Below the pieces are notes generated by a model. It had not been told where the DNA came from and ran no database searches. It saw nothing but the letters and a program-made list of their open reading frames with translations. Position numbers and translations under genes: made by a program. A stretch of DNA of 64,000 nt from an uncultured Alphaproteobacteria bacterium (GTDB lineage Bacteria > Pseudomonadota > Alphaproteobacteria > HIMB59 > GCA-002718135), in contig CACMKZ010000002.1 of assembly GCA_902614375.1 (NCBI GenBank), positions 14,477-78,476 of the forward strand, read 5' to 3'. Positions within the stretch are counted from its first letter, which is position 1. The number at the start of each line of letters is the position of its first letter. Shown piece by piece: positions 18,031-27,154 of this stretch.

Positions 18031-18516
18031 TTATTTTTTTTTCTTAGGCCATCCCATTAAAAGTTTGGCATTTTTTTCTTCTTCAATAGCCTTTTCTTTA
18101 TCTTTAAAAATTTTCACTACGCATTGAGGTTTATTACGATCAATTACATCATAAACTAGATGGTGATCTACTTTATCAATAAGTGGGCCTATCCAACCAG
18201 CACAATGATCGCAGTATCTTTTCATAGGCTCTGCATCATTATCCAAAACTTTACTAAGACTTGGACAAACATTCATTCTTAATTCTAATTTTTCGTCATC
18301 TAATTTTAAATCCATATCACAGTTTTCTTCAATTCTAATATGATCCCAGTATTCATACATCCCCTTCAAACCTTTTTCTTTGAATAACTTTAAAGTATGT
18401 TTTTCTTGATTTTTACTGATTTCCAACCAGTAAGCCTCTAGATGTTCTTCTCCTTGATCTTCGAGAAACTTAAAAACTTCGTTATAGAAACGGGTAAAAT
18501 GATCACTAGGTATCAT
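18031..18516 (-). CDS. Hypothetical small protein with conserved C-x17-C-x29-C pattern (paralog B)
   Basis: ORF runs to 18543, but the ATG at 18516 (MIPSDHF...) gives an ATGA overlap with the upstream stop and is preferred. Cys in NVCPSL, RYCDHC and PQCVV. No family recognised with confidence. Confidence 0.5.
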   Translation of the reverse strand: MIPSDHFTRFYNEVFKFLEDQGEEHLEAYWLEISKNQEKHTLKLFKEKGLKGMYEYWDHIRIEENCDMDLKLDDEKLELRMNVCPSLSKVLDNDAEPMKRYCDHCAGWIGPLIDKVDHHLVYDVIDRNKPQCVVKIFKDKEKAIEEEKNAKLLMGWPKKKK

Positions 18517-19013
18517 GCTCTTTTCCTTATAGTTTGTCTGCATGCTGCTTCTCCTAAAATTTCAGTTTTAATTTCGTATGGAGTATCTTCAGCCAGTGCT
18601 TCATTTGTTTTAATAGTTTGATCACAAAAGTTAGGTGAAACATTTCCAACCAACTTTCTTACATGTTCATATGCTGTACAACGATTAACCGTTAAAATAA
18701 TTTCTTCATCATTAATAGAAATATTATAATCAGCATTTTCCCGATCAAAAAAATGCTGCCAATGTTTAGCTAACATTTTGATATTCCCTTTTTTAATATG
18801 ATCTTTGATATCTTTATAAACATCATTACCAACTTTTTTGAAGATATCGTTCATGGTATCGATACCATATTTATTAATTATAAACTCAATAGTTGTATTT
18901 GTAGCACCGTGAAAATCCATGTGGACATTGCCACCATCGTTGTAACGAAGTTTTTGATCTAAATTATTTTTATTCACTTTTATATACAGATTTTCCAGCA
19001 ATATAGGTTTCAC
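18513..19013 (-). CDS. Hypothetical small protein with conserved C-x17-C-x27-C pattern (paralog A)
   Basis: 166 aa. Cys in NRCTAY, NFCDQT and AACRQT align with paralog B. The annotated start overlaps nagA by 44 nt; an alternative start is M32 at 18920. Confidence 0.5.
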   Translation of the reverse strand: MKPILLENLYIKVNKNNLDQKLRYNDGGNVHMDFHGATNTTIEFIINKYGIDTMNDIFKKVGNDVYKDIKDHIKKGNIKMLAKHWQHFFDRENADYNISINDEEIILTVNRCTAYEHVRKLVGNVSPNFCDQTIKTNEALAEDTPYEIKTEILGEAACRQTIRKRA

Positions 19014-20148
19014 TAATCTCCAAATTATCTTTTTGTAAAAGAATAAAATCAGCTAATTTATTTTTTTCAATACTTCCCATAATATTTTCTAAACCTATTA
19101 CTCTTGCTGGCACTAAACTTGCAGCAATAGCAACTTGGGATAAAGTTTTTTTTGAAAACTTATAATAATTTTGTAATGCTTCAATAGAAGTTAATGATGA
19201 TCCAGCTAATAAACCATTGTAAGTAGAAGCTTTCCCTTTTTCAACTGTACACCATCGTCCAGGAAAAAATTCAAACTTAACAGGAACTGGAGAACCAGCT
19301 CCCTTAACAGAATCCGTTTCTAAGAATACTCTATCAGTTGGTAAGTGAGATAGTAGTTCAACTAATTGTGGGTGAACATGAATACCGTCACATATAACTC
19401 CAAGAGCAATTCGTGTTTCAGCAATTAAAGCATCAGTTAGAGATAATACATGAACACCTGTGTCATCTGGTGGATAAGTTGGAAGTGCATCATACATATG
19501 TGTTACAGCATCAACCCCCCAATCTGCAAATTTAGGCACATCAATTGGATTAGCTCCACTGTGACCCAAATGAATTGAAATTTTTTCTTTTTTAAGTCTC
19601 TTTATAAATTCTTCTGAGCCATTCATTTCTGGCGCTAGTGTCAGAGCTTTTAGTTTACCCTGGCATGCATCTAATAATTCTTCGGCTAAAGGTACAGAAG
19701 GATTGCGAAGATTTTTAGGATCATGAGCCCCAGGTAATGCAAAACAAGGTCCTTCTGAATGAATTCCTAAAACACGTGCGCCCTCTTTAGCTTTATCAAT
19801 GTCATTTGATAGTGCGTTTAATAAAGTTTTAGTTTTTTCAGGTGGCAAGCATGGTGTTGACGGTAAAAAACCTGTTACTCCTACTGATGGTAATATTTTA
19901 GAATTATCAACAGTACAATTTTCTTCTGCATGACCATACAAATAATTTAAAAAACCATGTTGCAGTACATCGATCATTCCTGGAAAGATAAAGTTATTCT
20001 GACCATCAATTATTTTCCATTCATCAGAAATATTTTCATTCGGACTCAAAATATCAACAATTTTATCGCCATCAATTAGAAGATCTTTATCTTCTTCTCC
20101 ATATGGAGTTACCAAAGTAACATTTGTAAATCTTTGTTTGTGTTGCAT
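18970..20148 (-). CDS. nagA: N-acetylglucosamine-6-phosphate deacetylase
   Basis: 392 aa amidohydrolase. PGMIDVLQHG, GIHSEGPCF, HLGHSGA, THMYDAL, ICDGIHVHP and ETDSV occur in NagA order. The first metal motif lacks HxH, as in E. coli-type NagA. Confidence 0.8.
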   Translation of the reverse strand: MQHKQRFTNVTLVTPYGEEDKDLLIDGDKIVDILSPNENISDEWKIIDGQNNFIFPGMIDVLQHGFLNYLYGHAEENCTVDNSKILPSVGVTGFLPSTPCLPPEKTKTLLNALSNDIDKAKEGARVLGIHSEGPCFALPGAHDPKNLRNPSVPLAEELLDACQGKLKALTLAPEMNGSEEFIKRLKKEKISIHLGHSGANPIDVPKFADWGVDAVTHMYDALPTYPPDDTGVHVLSLTDALIAETRIALGVICDGIHVHPQLVELLSHLPTDRVFLETDSVKGAGSPVPVKFEFFPGRWCTVEKGKASTYNGLLAGSSLTSIEALQNYYKFSKKTLSQVAIAASLVPARVIGLENIMGSIEKNKLADFILLQKDNLEISETYIAGKSVYKSE

Positions 20149-20218
20149 ATATTTAATTTAATATTAAGGTAAAACCTAAAACAACTATAGTGAAAAAACA
20201 AGAACTAGGGAAAATAAG

Positions 20219-20983
20219 ATGAAAGACCAATGTGTATGTATAACTGGATCTACACATGGTATAGGATTTGGAATTGCAGAGGCATTTGCTAAAAAAGGAG
20301 CAAAAATTGTCATTAATTCTCATGAAAAAGATAATGGCGCTTTAGATAAGCTCAAGAAATTGACTGAGTGTTATTTTGTACAATCAGATCTATCAACAAT
20401 TGATGGAAATAAAAAACTAATTCAAGAAGCAAAAGATAAACTTGGAAAAATAGATACTCTTATAAATAATGCTGGTACTTTTCAAGATACTGATTTTGAA
20501 AATATTAATAAAGAAAAATTTGATACAACATTTAATCTGAACGTTAGAGGTTATATGTTTACATCTCAAGAATTTGTAAAACAAATTTCAAATGATCAAA
20601 ATAATAGTAGTATTGTTTGTATTGGTTCCTCTAACTCCTTAGCAGCTGAAAAAAACAGCGTCATGTATGATACTTCCAAAGGAGCTGTACTAATGATGAT
20701 TAAATCAATGGCTGTAAGTTTAGCATCAAAGAACATACGTGTTAATGGTATTGGTCCAGGAATACTCGAAACACCACTGACTACTGCAGGTCTAAATAAA
20801 GGAAACAATAAAAAAGTAATCAGTGCACAAATTCCACTTGGAAGAATTGGGGAGCCATCAGATATCGGTGGAGCAGCTGTATTTTTAGCGTCTGAAGAAG
20901 CAAAATATATTACAGGACAAATGTTATACGTCGATGGTGGAATTTTAGCTAATCAATTAAATTGGGATGAGTCACTTTTATAA
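20219..20983 (+). CDS. Short-chain dehydrogenase/reductase (SDR)
   Basis: 254 aa. TGSTHGIG cofactor motif, NNAG, catalytic YDTSK. Confidence 0.85.
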   Translation: MKDQCVCITGSTHGIGFGIAEAFAKKGAKIVINSHEKDNGALDKLKKLTECYFVQSDLSTIDGNKKLIQEAKDKLGKIDTLINNAGTFQDTDFENINKEKFDTTFNLNVRGYMFTSQEFVKQISNDQNNSSIVCIGSSNSLAAEKNSVMYDTSKGAVLMMIKSMAVSLASKNIRVNGIGPGILETPLTTAGLNKGNNKKVISAQIPLGRIGEPSDIGGAAVFLASEEAKYITGQMLYVDGGILANQLNWDESLL

Positions 20984-21006
20984 AAAAATTTAAAAAAGGA
21001 GAGAAT

Positions 21007-21396
21007 ATGATTAAAATAATAACCACTGGTGCAAAATCAGTTTTACCTTTTAGCCCTGCAATTAAAGCAGGTGATTTTGTATATGTTTCAGGGCAAGCTT
21101 CCGTTGATCGAGAAAATGGTTCAATCATTGAAGGTACATTTGAAGAAGAAATGAGACGTTCAATTGAAAATTTAGAAGTGATTTTAAAAGAAGCAGGTCT
21201 GACCTTGGATCATGTTATTAATGTTAAGGGCTACGTAGCTGATCAAAAAGATTTAAAAGAATATAATAAAATTTATCCTGAATATTTTAAAGATCCACTA
21301 CCAACAAGAAGCACAATTGTAAAAGTGTTGCCTACTTTCTTAAAATTTGAGCTTGATTGTGTTGCTTATGCGCCAAATACTAGACAAGAAGGATAA
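21007..21396 (+). CDS. ridA: RidA/YjgF-family reactive enamine/imine deaminase
   Basis: 129 aa. GDFVYVSGQ, TLDHVI, P.RSTI.V. Strong SD (AAGGAGAG) upstream. Confidence 0.85.
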   Translation: MIKIITTGAKSVLPFSPAIKAGDFVYVSGQASVDRENGSIIEGTFEEEMRRSIENLEVILKEAGLTLDHVINVKGYVADQKDLKEYNKIYPEYFKDPLPTRSTIVKVLPTFLKFELDCVAYAPNTRQEG

Positions 21397-22677
21397 TTAA
21401 AAATAAGTTAATATTCCATCAAGAACATTATAGTCTTCATCAACAACTGGAATAAACTTCCATTTATCAAATGCTGTGCATGGATGTGAAATACCAGAAC
21501 AAATCATATCCCCTACCTGCCATTGATGATTATCAGCAAGTTTAACAAAGGCATGCTGATCATTTGTGCTAAATATTTCTGCTTCACCAATATCTAAGAA
21601 ACCTTCACCAGGTCTAAATCTTTTTATTGGTTTTGGTAAACCTGAATCATATGGAGCATCTCGTTTTCCCATAGTTAGAAAAGCAAGATTATTTTCAGGA
21701 ATGGATTGTACATAGGACCAAATTTCAAGAGCTGGTTGCAGAGATTGATCCCATTGTCTATTGGAATCACTTTTAGCTGTCTCAAGTGCATCCAAATAAG
21801 GTCCATGATCATGTGTAATATAACATCCGCTTCGTAATAGTACTTTAATTGGAACACTAAGTTTAATTTTTGAAAATCTTTCCCCCACAATATCAAAATG
21901 AGTTGATCCACCAGCAGTAATTAATAATTCATTTAGATGAGAGTAATAATTTGAAGGAATATCATTAATAATATCTTCAATCTTTGAACAAAAATCATGC
22001 ACAGCATCTGATCCTTTCATTGCTACAGCTGCTATACCCTCGTATGAAGAAATACCTGCGAAAGTAAAATTCTTTGATGAATCCTCTCCAATTATATTAA
22101 CAAGTTTTAAAAAAACTTCTTTTTTGCGTATACCTGTCCGTCCATTTTCAGCACCTACTTCGGGCAATAAATTTATTGGATTGGTTAAATTTTGATCACC
22201 AAGATTTTTTTTTATATTTGAGAACTGCTCAATTGAATCAACAAAACAATAGAAAGAAAAATTTTTATTTTGATTAATATATGATGCTATTGTTTCTAAA
22301 TGTGATTTACCTAAAAGTTGATTAGCAAGTAAAACTTTTTTTATACCAAAATCAAACATAACTTGAATTTGATTAATAGCACCAGCTGTAATGCCCCATG
22401 CTCCATGTTTTATCTGCTCAGAAAAAATCTGAGGGGCCATGGTAGTTTTACCATGAGGAGCAATATCTAGATTGTGTTTTTCTAAATAATTAGAAAAAGT
22501 TTTTAAATTATGAAGATAATTTTTTTGTTTTAATACCATTAATGGCATAGGCATATCTTCCTTCAAAATATTCCATTTTTTATTTTTTAATTCTTTTAGT
22601 GGAAATGGTTCACTTGAACCTGGAATACCTTTGGTTCGCCTATCTAAAATAGTATTTTGAATTTCACTTAAATCCAT
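21397..22677 (-). CDS. Fold-type III PLP enzyme, D-serine dehydratase-like / D-threonine aldolase-like (alanine racemase N-domain family)
   Basis: 426 aa. PLP-Lys context APHGKTTMAP, and a C-terminal D-Ser-dehydratase-like domain (..GISHPCTAFDKW..). Its stop abuts the ridA stop with 0 nt between them. Confidence 0.72.
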   Translation of the reverse strand: MDLSEIQNTILDRRTKGIPGSSEPFPLKELKNKKWNILKEDMPMPLMVLKQKNYLHNLKTFSNYLEKHNLDIAPHGKTTMAPQIFSEQIKHGAWGITAGAINQIQVMFDFGIKKVLLANQLLGKSHLETIASYINQNKNFSFYCFVDSIEQFSNIKKNLGDQNLTNPINLLPEVGAENGRTGIRKKEVFLKLVNIIGEDSSKNFTFAGISSYEGIAAVAMKGSDAVHDFCSKIEDIINDIPSNYYSHLNELLITAGGSTHFDIVGERFSKIKLSVPIKVLLRSGCYITHDHGPYLDALETAKSDSNRQWDQSLQPALEIWSYVQSIPENNLAFLTMGKRDAPYDSGLPKPIKRFRPGEGFLDIGEAEIFSTNDQHAFVKLADNHQWQVGDMICSGISHPCTAFDKWKFIPVVDEDYNVLDGILTYF

Positions 22678-23501
22678 TAAGAATTAATTTCTTCAAACTG
22701 ACTAACTAAATTCTCTGCATAATCAGATAATGCAATTACATCAGCACCAATATTTAGAAGATTGTATCCCATATCAATATAATTTTTTGCAACTCCGGGT
22801 CCACCTGGAGTAGCTGCAATTTTATTATTTTTTCTTGCTACTTCTGCAACTCTTTTTCTTGCACTTACAACATCAGGATGATCCATTTGACCTGGAACAC
22901 CTAGTGAAAGAGAATAATCTCCAGGCCCAAAAAATAGTGCATCTACACCTTCCATTTCAGCAATGGCTTCGACATCATTAATTACTTCAGGTGTTTCAAT
23001 CTGATAGATTACTAATCTTTCTTGATTAGCTTGTTTAATATACTCTGCCATATCAAGCTTTGTATATTTTCCATCATTGTTACCACCATCAACTCCTCTT
23101 TTGCCAATAGGAGGAAATTTTGTAAACTCCTCAATCTCTTTCGCATCTGCTAAACTTTTTATTTGAGGTATGATTAATCCCGTACAATCAACTTCTAAAC
23201 CTCTAATATAATTACTGTAGCTACCTCTATTAACACGAAGAAGAGAGTCAACATCATATATCTTAGCAGCATTACTCTGATTTTCAGCTTGATTGTAATC
23301 AAGTGATCCATGTTCCATACAAAGCCAGATGGCATCTGGTTGTGCTAAGGCAAAAATTTCTGCTACTTTAATATCAACTGTGTTGCATTTTAATATTGTT
23401 GCAACTTTCCCTGCACTAGTCTTTCTTTTTACTCTGCTCTTTCGAAAGGTGTTAAATGGTTTTTTTCCATTATTTGTTGTTGTTTCATCATATTTAGTCA
23501 T
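22677..23501 (-). CDS. HpcH/HpaI-family class II (metal-dependent) 2-oxoacid aldolase
   Basis: 274 aa. LCMEHGS, LLRVN, GLIIPQI.S...A, FPPIGKRG, IYQIET and GPGDYS blocks are typical of HpaI/GarL/YfaU aldolases. Confidence 0.8.
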   Translation of the reverse strand: MTKYDETTTNNGKKPFNTFRKSRVKRKTSAGKVATILKCNTVDIKVAEIFALAQPDAIWLCMEHGSLDYNQAENQSNAAKIYDVDSLLRVNRGSYSNYIRGLEVDCTGLIIPQIKSLADAKEIEEFTKFPPIGKRGVDGGNNDGKYTKLDMAEYIKQANQERLVIYQIETPEVINDVEAIAEMEGVDALFFGPGDYSLSLGVPGQMDHPDVVSARKRVAEVARKNNKIAATPGGPGVAKNYIDMGYNLLNIGADVIALSDYAENLVSQFEEINS

Positions 23502-23516
23502 ATTCTTTATCCTTTG

Positions 23517-24308
23517 TTATTTTGCAGTATATCCACCATCAACAGCAATAATTGTTCCAGTCAAATAAGCTGATGAGTCTGATGCTAAAAAAATTATTGG
23601 GCCTTTTAAATCAGTACTATTAGCCATTCGTCCTAGCTGGGTTCTTTTACTATAATTTTCAACAAATCTGTCTGGATGAGAAGGAACTTTAAATCCTCCT
23701 GGAGCTAAACAATTTACTCGAATATTAAAAGGACCTAACATACTTGCTGCCCATCTTGTAAAATTGTGCATGCCTCCCTTTTCATAAAAATATAATGGAG
23801 AAGTAGCAGGGGTGAAGTCTGTACCTTCATAATTACCATTTTCTACACCAACAGTACCCATCATTGATCCAATATTTATAATAGATCCAGATTTATTTTT
23901 TTTCATTCCTTCAGCAAACATATTTGTAATTTTAAATAATGCTGATGCATTTATTCTTAAACTTTTATCAAAGTCATCTAGACTATTGTCCCAACCTAGA
24001 CTGCCATGCTCTCTGGAAACTGCATTATTTATCAAGACATCACATTTTCCACTTTTCTCAATAATGTCATTGTATAATTTTTCGATTGAGTCATCCTGAG
24101 ATAAATCTAATTGTAATGCAGTAACTTTATAGCCTCGTTTTGTTTCTTCTTCTGCTACTTGTTGTAAACTTTCAAAATTTCGTGAAGCTATATATGTATC
24201 TGCTCCAGCTTCAGCTAATGCTTCCACTATTTGTCTCCCGTAAAGTCCAGCACCTCCAGTAACAAGTGCAACTTTACCTTTTAAAGAAAAACTTTCTAAA
24301 ACATTCAT
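23517..24308 (-). CDS. Short-chain dehydrogenase/reductase (SDR)
   Basis: 263 aa. VTGGAGLYG, NNAV, a Y-x3-K in YFYEK, C-terminal VDGGYTA. Confidence 0.8.
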   Translation of the reverse strand: MNVLESFSLKGKVALVTGGAGLYGRQIVEALAEAGADTYIASRNFESLQQVAEEETKRGYKVTALQLDLSQDDSIEKLYNDIIEKSGKCDVLINNAVSREHGSLGWDNSLDDFDKSLRINASALFKITNMFAEGMKKNKSGSIINIGSMMGTVGVENGNYEGTDFTPATSPLYFYEKGGMHNFTRWAASMLGPFNIRVNCLAPGGFKVPSHPDRFVENYSKRTQLGRMANSTDLKGPIIFLASDSSAYLTGTIIAVDGGYTAK

Positions 24309-25268
24309 CTAACTAACCTCACTTAAATTAATTTTAATTCCACCCTCTTCTCTACTCTTTATACCAGCAGCAACAAGTTGCATTAATTCTTTGGTTTCCT
24401 CCCATGCAACTGGTTTTACACCTGTTCGTAAATAATGAACATATGACTCTAATTGTTTTTTAAATGCATAAAAAGTATCATTTGATTTTATTTGTATTCC
24501 ACTTTTAGTTCCAACTAAAGAAACAAGACCAAAACCTCCAATCATATCAAAGACATTAGCAATATTGATATCAATACCTTTTGAATGATGTAAATGAACA
24601 ATATTTCTATCTTTATCTCCTAGATTTTGTATTGAGGTAAAGCCTGGACCAACAATTGGATATAATGTTTCTAAAGCGTGTATCCCATATTTTTCCCAAC
24701 TTTTTGCCATAGTGACATTAATGTATCTTAAATCACCTAGTTCGTAAGTTGATTGATGGTATGGCTCGTACTCTTTACAATATCGCATTGCAGAAGAACT
24801 AATTATCGGCTTTCCTTCATCAATCCACTGTTGAAAAATTTTTAGATCAGTAAAATTATCGCATAATGGTTTATCAACAAAGATTGGTACATTTGCCTCA
24901 ACGAATGATTTACACCTCTCAACATGCTCTGAACCAATATCAGTTGCAACTAAAACTGCATCGACTTGTCCAATCACATCTTTTGGATCTTCAACAATAT
25001 TTTCAATTTCTGCAACTTTAGCGACAAGTTTTGCATCCTCAGGATTATCTGTCCATACATGTGAAACTTCTACATCTTTTATACCTAGGGTATTTTTTGG
25101 TTGCTTTGAAATATAATCAATAATTGCTGCATAAGGACATTGTGCTAATGCTTCAGCGTTATATCGACCGTTAATAATTATACTCCATGAGTAAGGATGT
25201 CCATTTCCTTCCGTCATTCCTAGCATTGCTAATTTGATTTTTTTATTTTCTATGGGAAACTGAGTCAT
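24309..25268 (-). CDS. Gfo/Idh/MocA-family oxidoreductase
   Basis: 319 aa. N-terminal Rossmann-like region and FVDKPL (a variant of the family EKP motif). Abuts the SDR gene with 0 nt. Confidence 0.7.
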   Translation of the reverse strand: MTQFPIENKKIKLAMLGMTEGNGHPYSWSIIINGRYNAEALAQCPYAAIIDYISKQPKNTLGIKDVEVSHVWTDNPEDAKLVAKVAEIENIVEDPKDVIGQVDAVLVATDIGSEHVERCKSFVEANVPIFVDKPLCDNFTDLKIFQQWIDEGKPIISSSAMRYCKEYEPYHQSTYELGDLRYINVTMAKSWEKYGIHALETLYPIVGPGFTSIQNLGDKDRNIVHLHHSKGIDINIANVFDMIGGFGLVSLVGTKSGIQIKSNDTFYAFKKQLESYVHYLRTGVKPVAWEETKELMQLVAAGIKSREEGGIKINLSEVS

Positions 25269-25281
25269 TAATTAATATCAC

Positions 25282-26061
25282 TTACCACGCTGTCCAACCA
25301 CCATCAACTATAAGTGAATGACCCGTCATATAACTTGATGCATCAGATAAAAGAAAAATTGTTGGTTTTGCGGTTTCGATAGGTTTACCGAAACGTTTTA
25401 ACATTGTAGAATTTTTTAAATTACTCAAAAATTTTTTATTATTATTTGCAGCCTTAGTTATGTTTGGAAAAGGTCCAGGTACAATTGCATTAATACGAAT
25501 ATTATTTTTACCATAATATGAGGAAAAATATTTTACCATTTGGTTTAGACCAGCTTTTCCAGCACCATATTCTACAGGATTAGGATTAATATTTTTTGGA
25601 TACATTTCCATTTTTGGCGATACTAATCCATACATTGAAGCAAACATTACGATACTTCCACCTTTTTTCATTTTATTTGCAACACCTCTCATAAGTAAAA
25701 AAGAACCTGTTAAATTAATTTGATTAGCTTTATTAAATTTTTCTGCAGTTAATTCTGATAGTTTATCTGAAGTTGATCCAAATGTTGCATTAACTAATCC
25801 ATCTATGTATTTAAATTTTTGATAAGCTAATTTAATATTTTTAGAAATAGATTTAGGATCAATCATATCTAAGTGAGAAAATATAATTTTACTCTTGGGA
25901 TATTTTTTTTGTAATTTTTTTATTACTAATTCAGATCTTTTGATGTCTTGGTCAGCTAAAAATAAATTTCCGTCTAGTTTCAATATTTCTTCACATAAAA
26001 CTGAACCAAGATATCCACTACCTCCAGCAATAAAAATATTTTTATTTTTCAAACTAATCAT
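25282..26061 (-). CDS. Short-chain dehydrogenase/reductase (SDR)
   Basis: 259 aa. IAGGSGYLG, catalytic YGAGK, C-terminal VDGGWTA. Confidence 0.8.
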   Translation of the reverse strand: MISLKNKNIFIAGGSGYLGSVLCEEILKLDGNLFLADQDIKRSELVIKKLQKKYPKSKIIFSHLDMIDPKSISKNIKLAYQKFKYIDGLVNATFGSTSDKLSELTAEKFNKANQINLTGSFLLMRGVANKMKKGGSIVMFASMYGLVSPKMEMYPKNINPNPVEYGAGKAGLNQMVKYFSSYYGKNNIRINAIVPGPFPNITKAANNNKKFLSNLKNSTMLKRFGKPIETAKPTIFLLSDASSYMTGHSLIVDGGWTAW

Positions 26062-26062
26062 A

Positions 26063-27067
26063 TTAACTGATTTTAATTATTTTTTTATTTTTCCAAGACG
26101 ATTTAGCAGCCAATACAACTTTTAAATTTAAATAAGCTTCTTCTAAAGTTGCTAAGTCACAATCCTTACCTTCATAACCATCTAAAAATCTGTTTGCCTG
26201 TAAAAGAAAATTATTTTGATGTACTTCCATTGGATCTTGACCTTTCATATAATCTTTTTGATCTTTCCAAACACCACTATCATCATCAGCAAACATTAAA
26301 GTAGAATGATCAAGTTTTATATTACCTTTAGTGCCAACAAACTCATATGTATTAATATTTGGTTTCTGAAATTGATTAACAGTTATATTGGCTAAACATC
26401 CATTAGAAAATTTTATATTAATAAGACAAGTATCCTCAGTTTCTGTTCCCTCTAATACTAATCTGTCGTACATACATCCTACCTCTTCAGGAATACCCAA
26501 TATCCAAATTAATTGATCAATCATATGAGTAGAAGCATCAAGAATGGCTCCGCCTCCGGTTTCTTCTTTTGCATAATAAATAGTTCGATAATCTGGCCTA
26601 TATTTAGGAAACTCTTGAGAAGAATTAATATAAGCTAATTTAACGTCACCAATTTTATTATTCATAATTTGATCTTTTAAGGCTCTGGAGACTAAGCTAT
26701 TTCTTCTTGTATATCCTACACGAACAAATAATTTTTTTTCTCTGACCTCTTTTATAATGTTTTCCAGACCATCAATTTTTGTAGAAAGAGGTTTTTCTAC
26801 CATAAATGATAGATTATTTTTTATACAAAACTGCATATGTTCCATATGCCAATTAGCTGGTGAACATATTATTGCTAGATCAAATTTTTGATTAACGTCA
26901 TCAAGAGAATTAAATGTATGTTGAATTTCAAATTCACTATTTAAGTTTTTTTGTTTATTAACATCTGGTTCAACAATAGAAATTTTAGCTCTGCTAGTTC
27001 CCAAATAACCTTTAATATGTCTTTTACCAATTCCACCTGCTCCAATTATTAAAATATTATAAATCAT
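26063..27067 (-). CDS. Gfo/Idh/MocA-family oxidoreductase
   Basis: 334 aa. IIGAGGIGKRH Rossmann motif, MVEKPL family motif, C-terminal alpha/beta domain. Confidence 0.8.
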   Translation of the reverse strand: MIYNILIIGAGGIGKRHIKGYLGTSRAKISIVEPDVNKQKNLNSEFEIQHTFNSLDDVNQKFDLAIICSPANWHMEHMQFCIKNNLSFMVEKPLSTKIDGLENIIKEVREKKLFVRVGYTRRNSLVSRALKDQIMNNKIGDVKLAYINSSQEFPKYRPDYRTIYYAKEETGGGAILDASTHMIDQLIWILGIPEEVGCMYDRLVLEGTETEDTCLINIKFSNGCLANITVNQFQKPNINTYEFVGTKGNIKLDHSTLMFADDDSGVWKDQKDYMKGQDPMEVHQNNFLLQANRFLDGYEGKDCDLATLEEAYLNLKVVLAAKSSWKNKKIIKIS

Positions 27068-27154
27068 TATTTATATAAAACTAACTTGACCACTTTATAA
27101 TAGTATGATGTTATATGAATAAGTAAATTGATAATATAAATAAATTCAAAAAAA

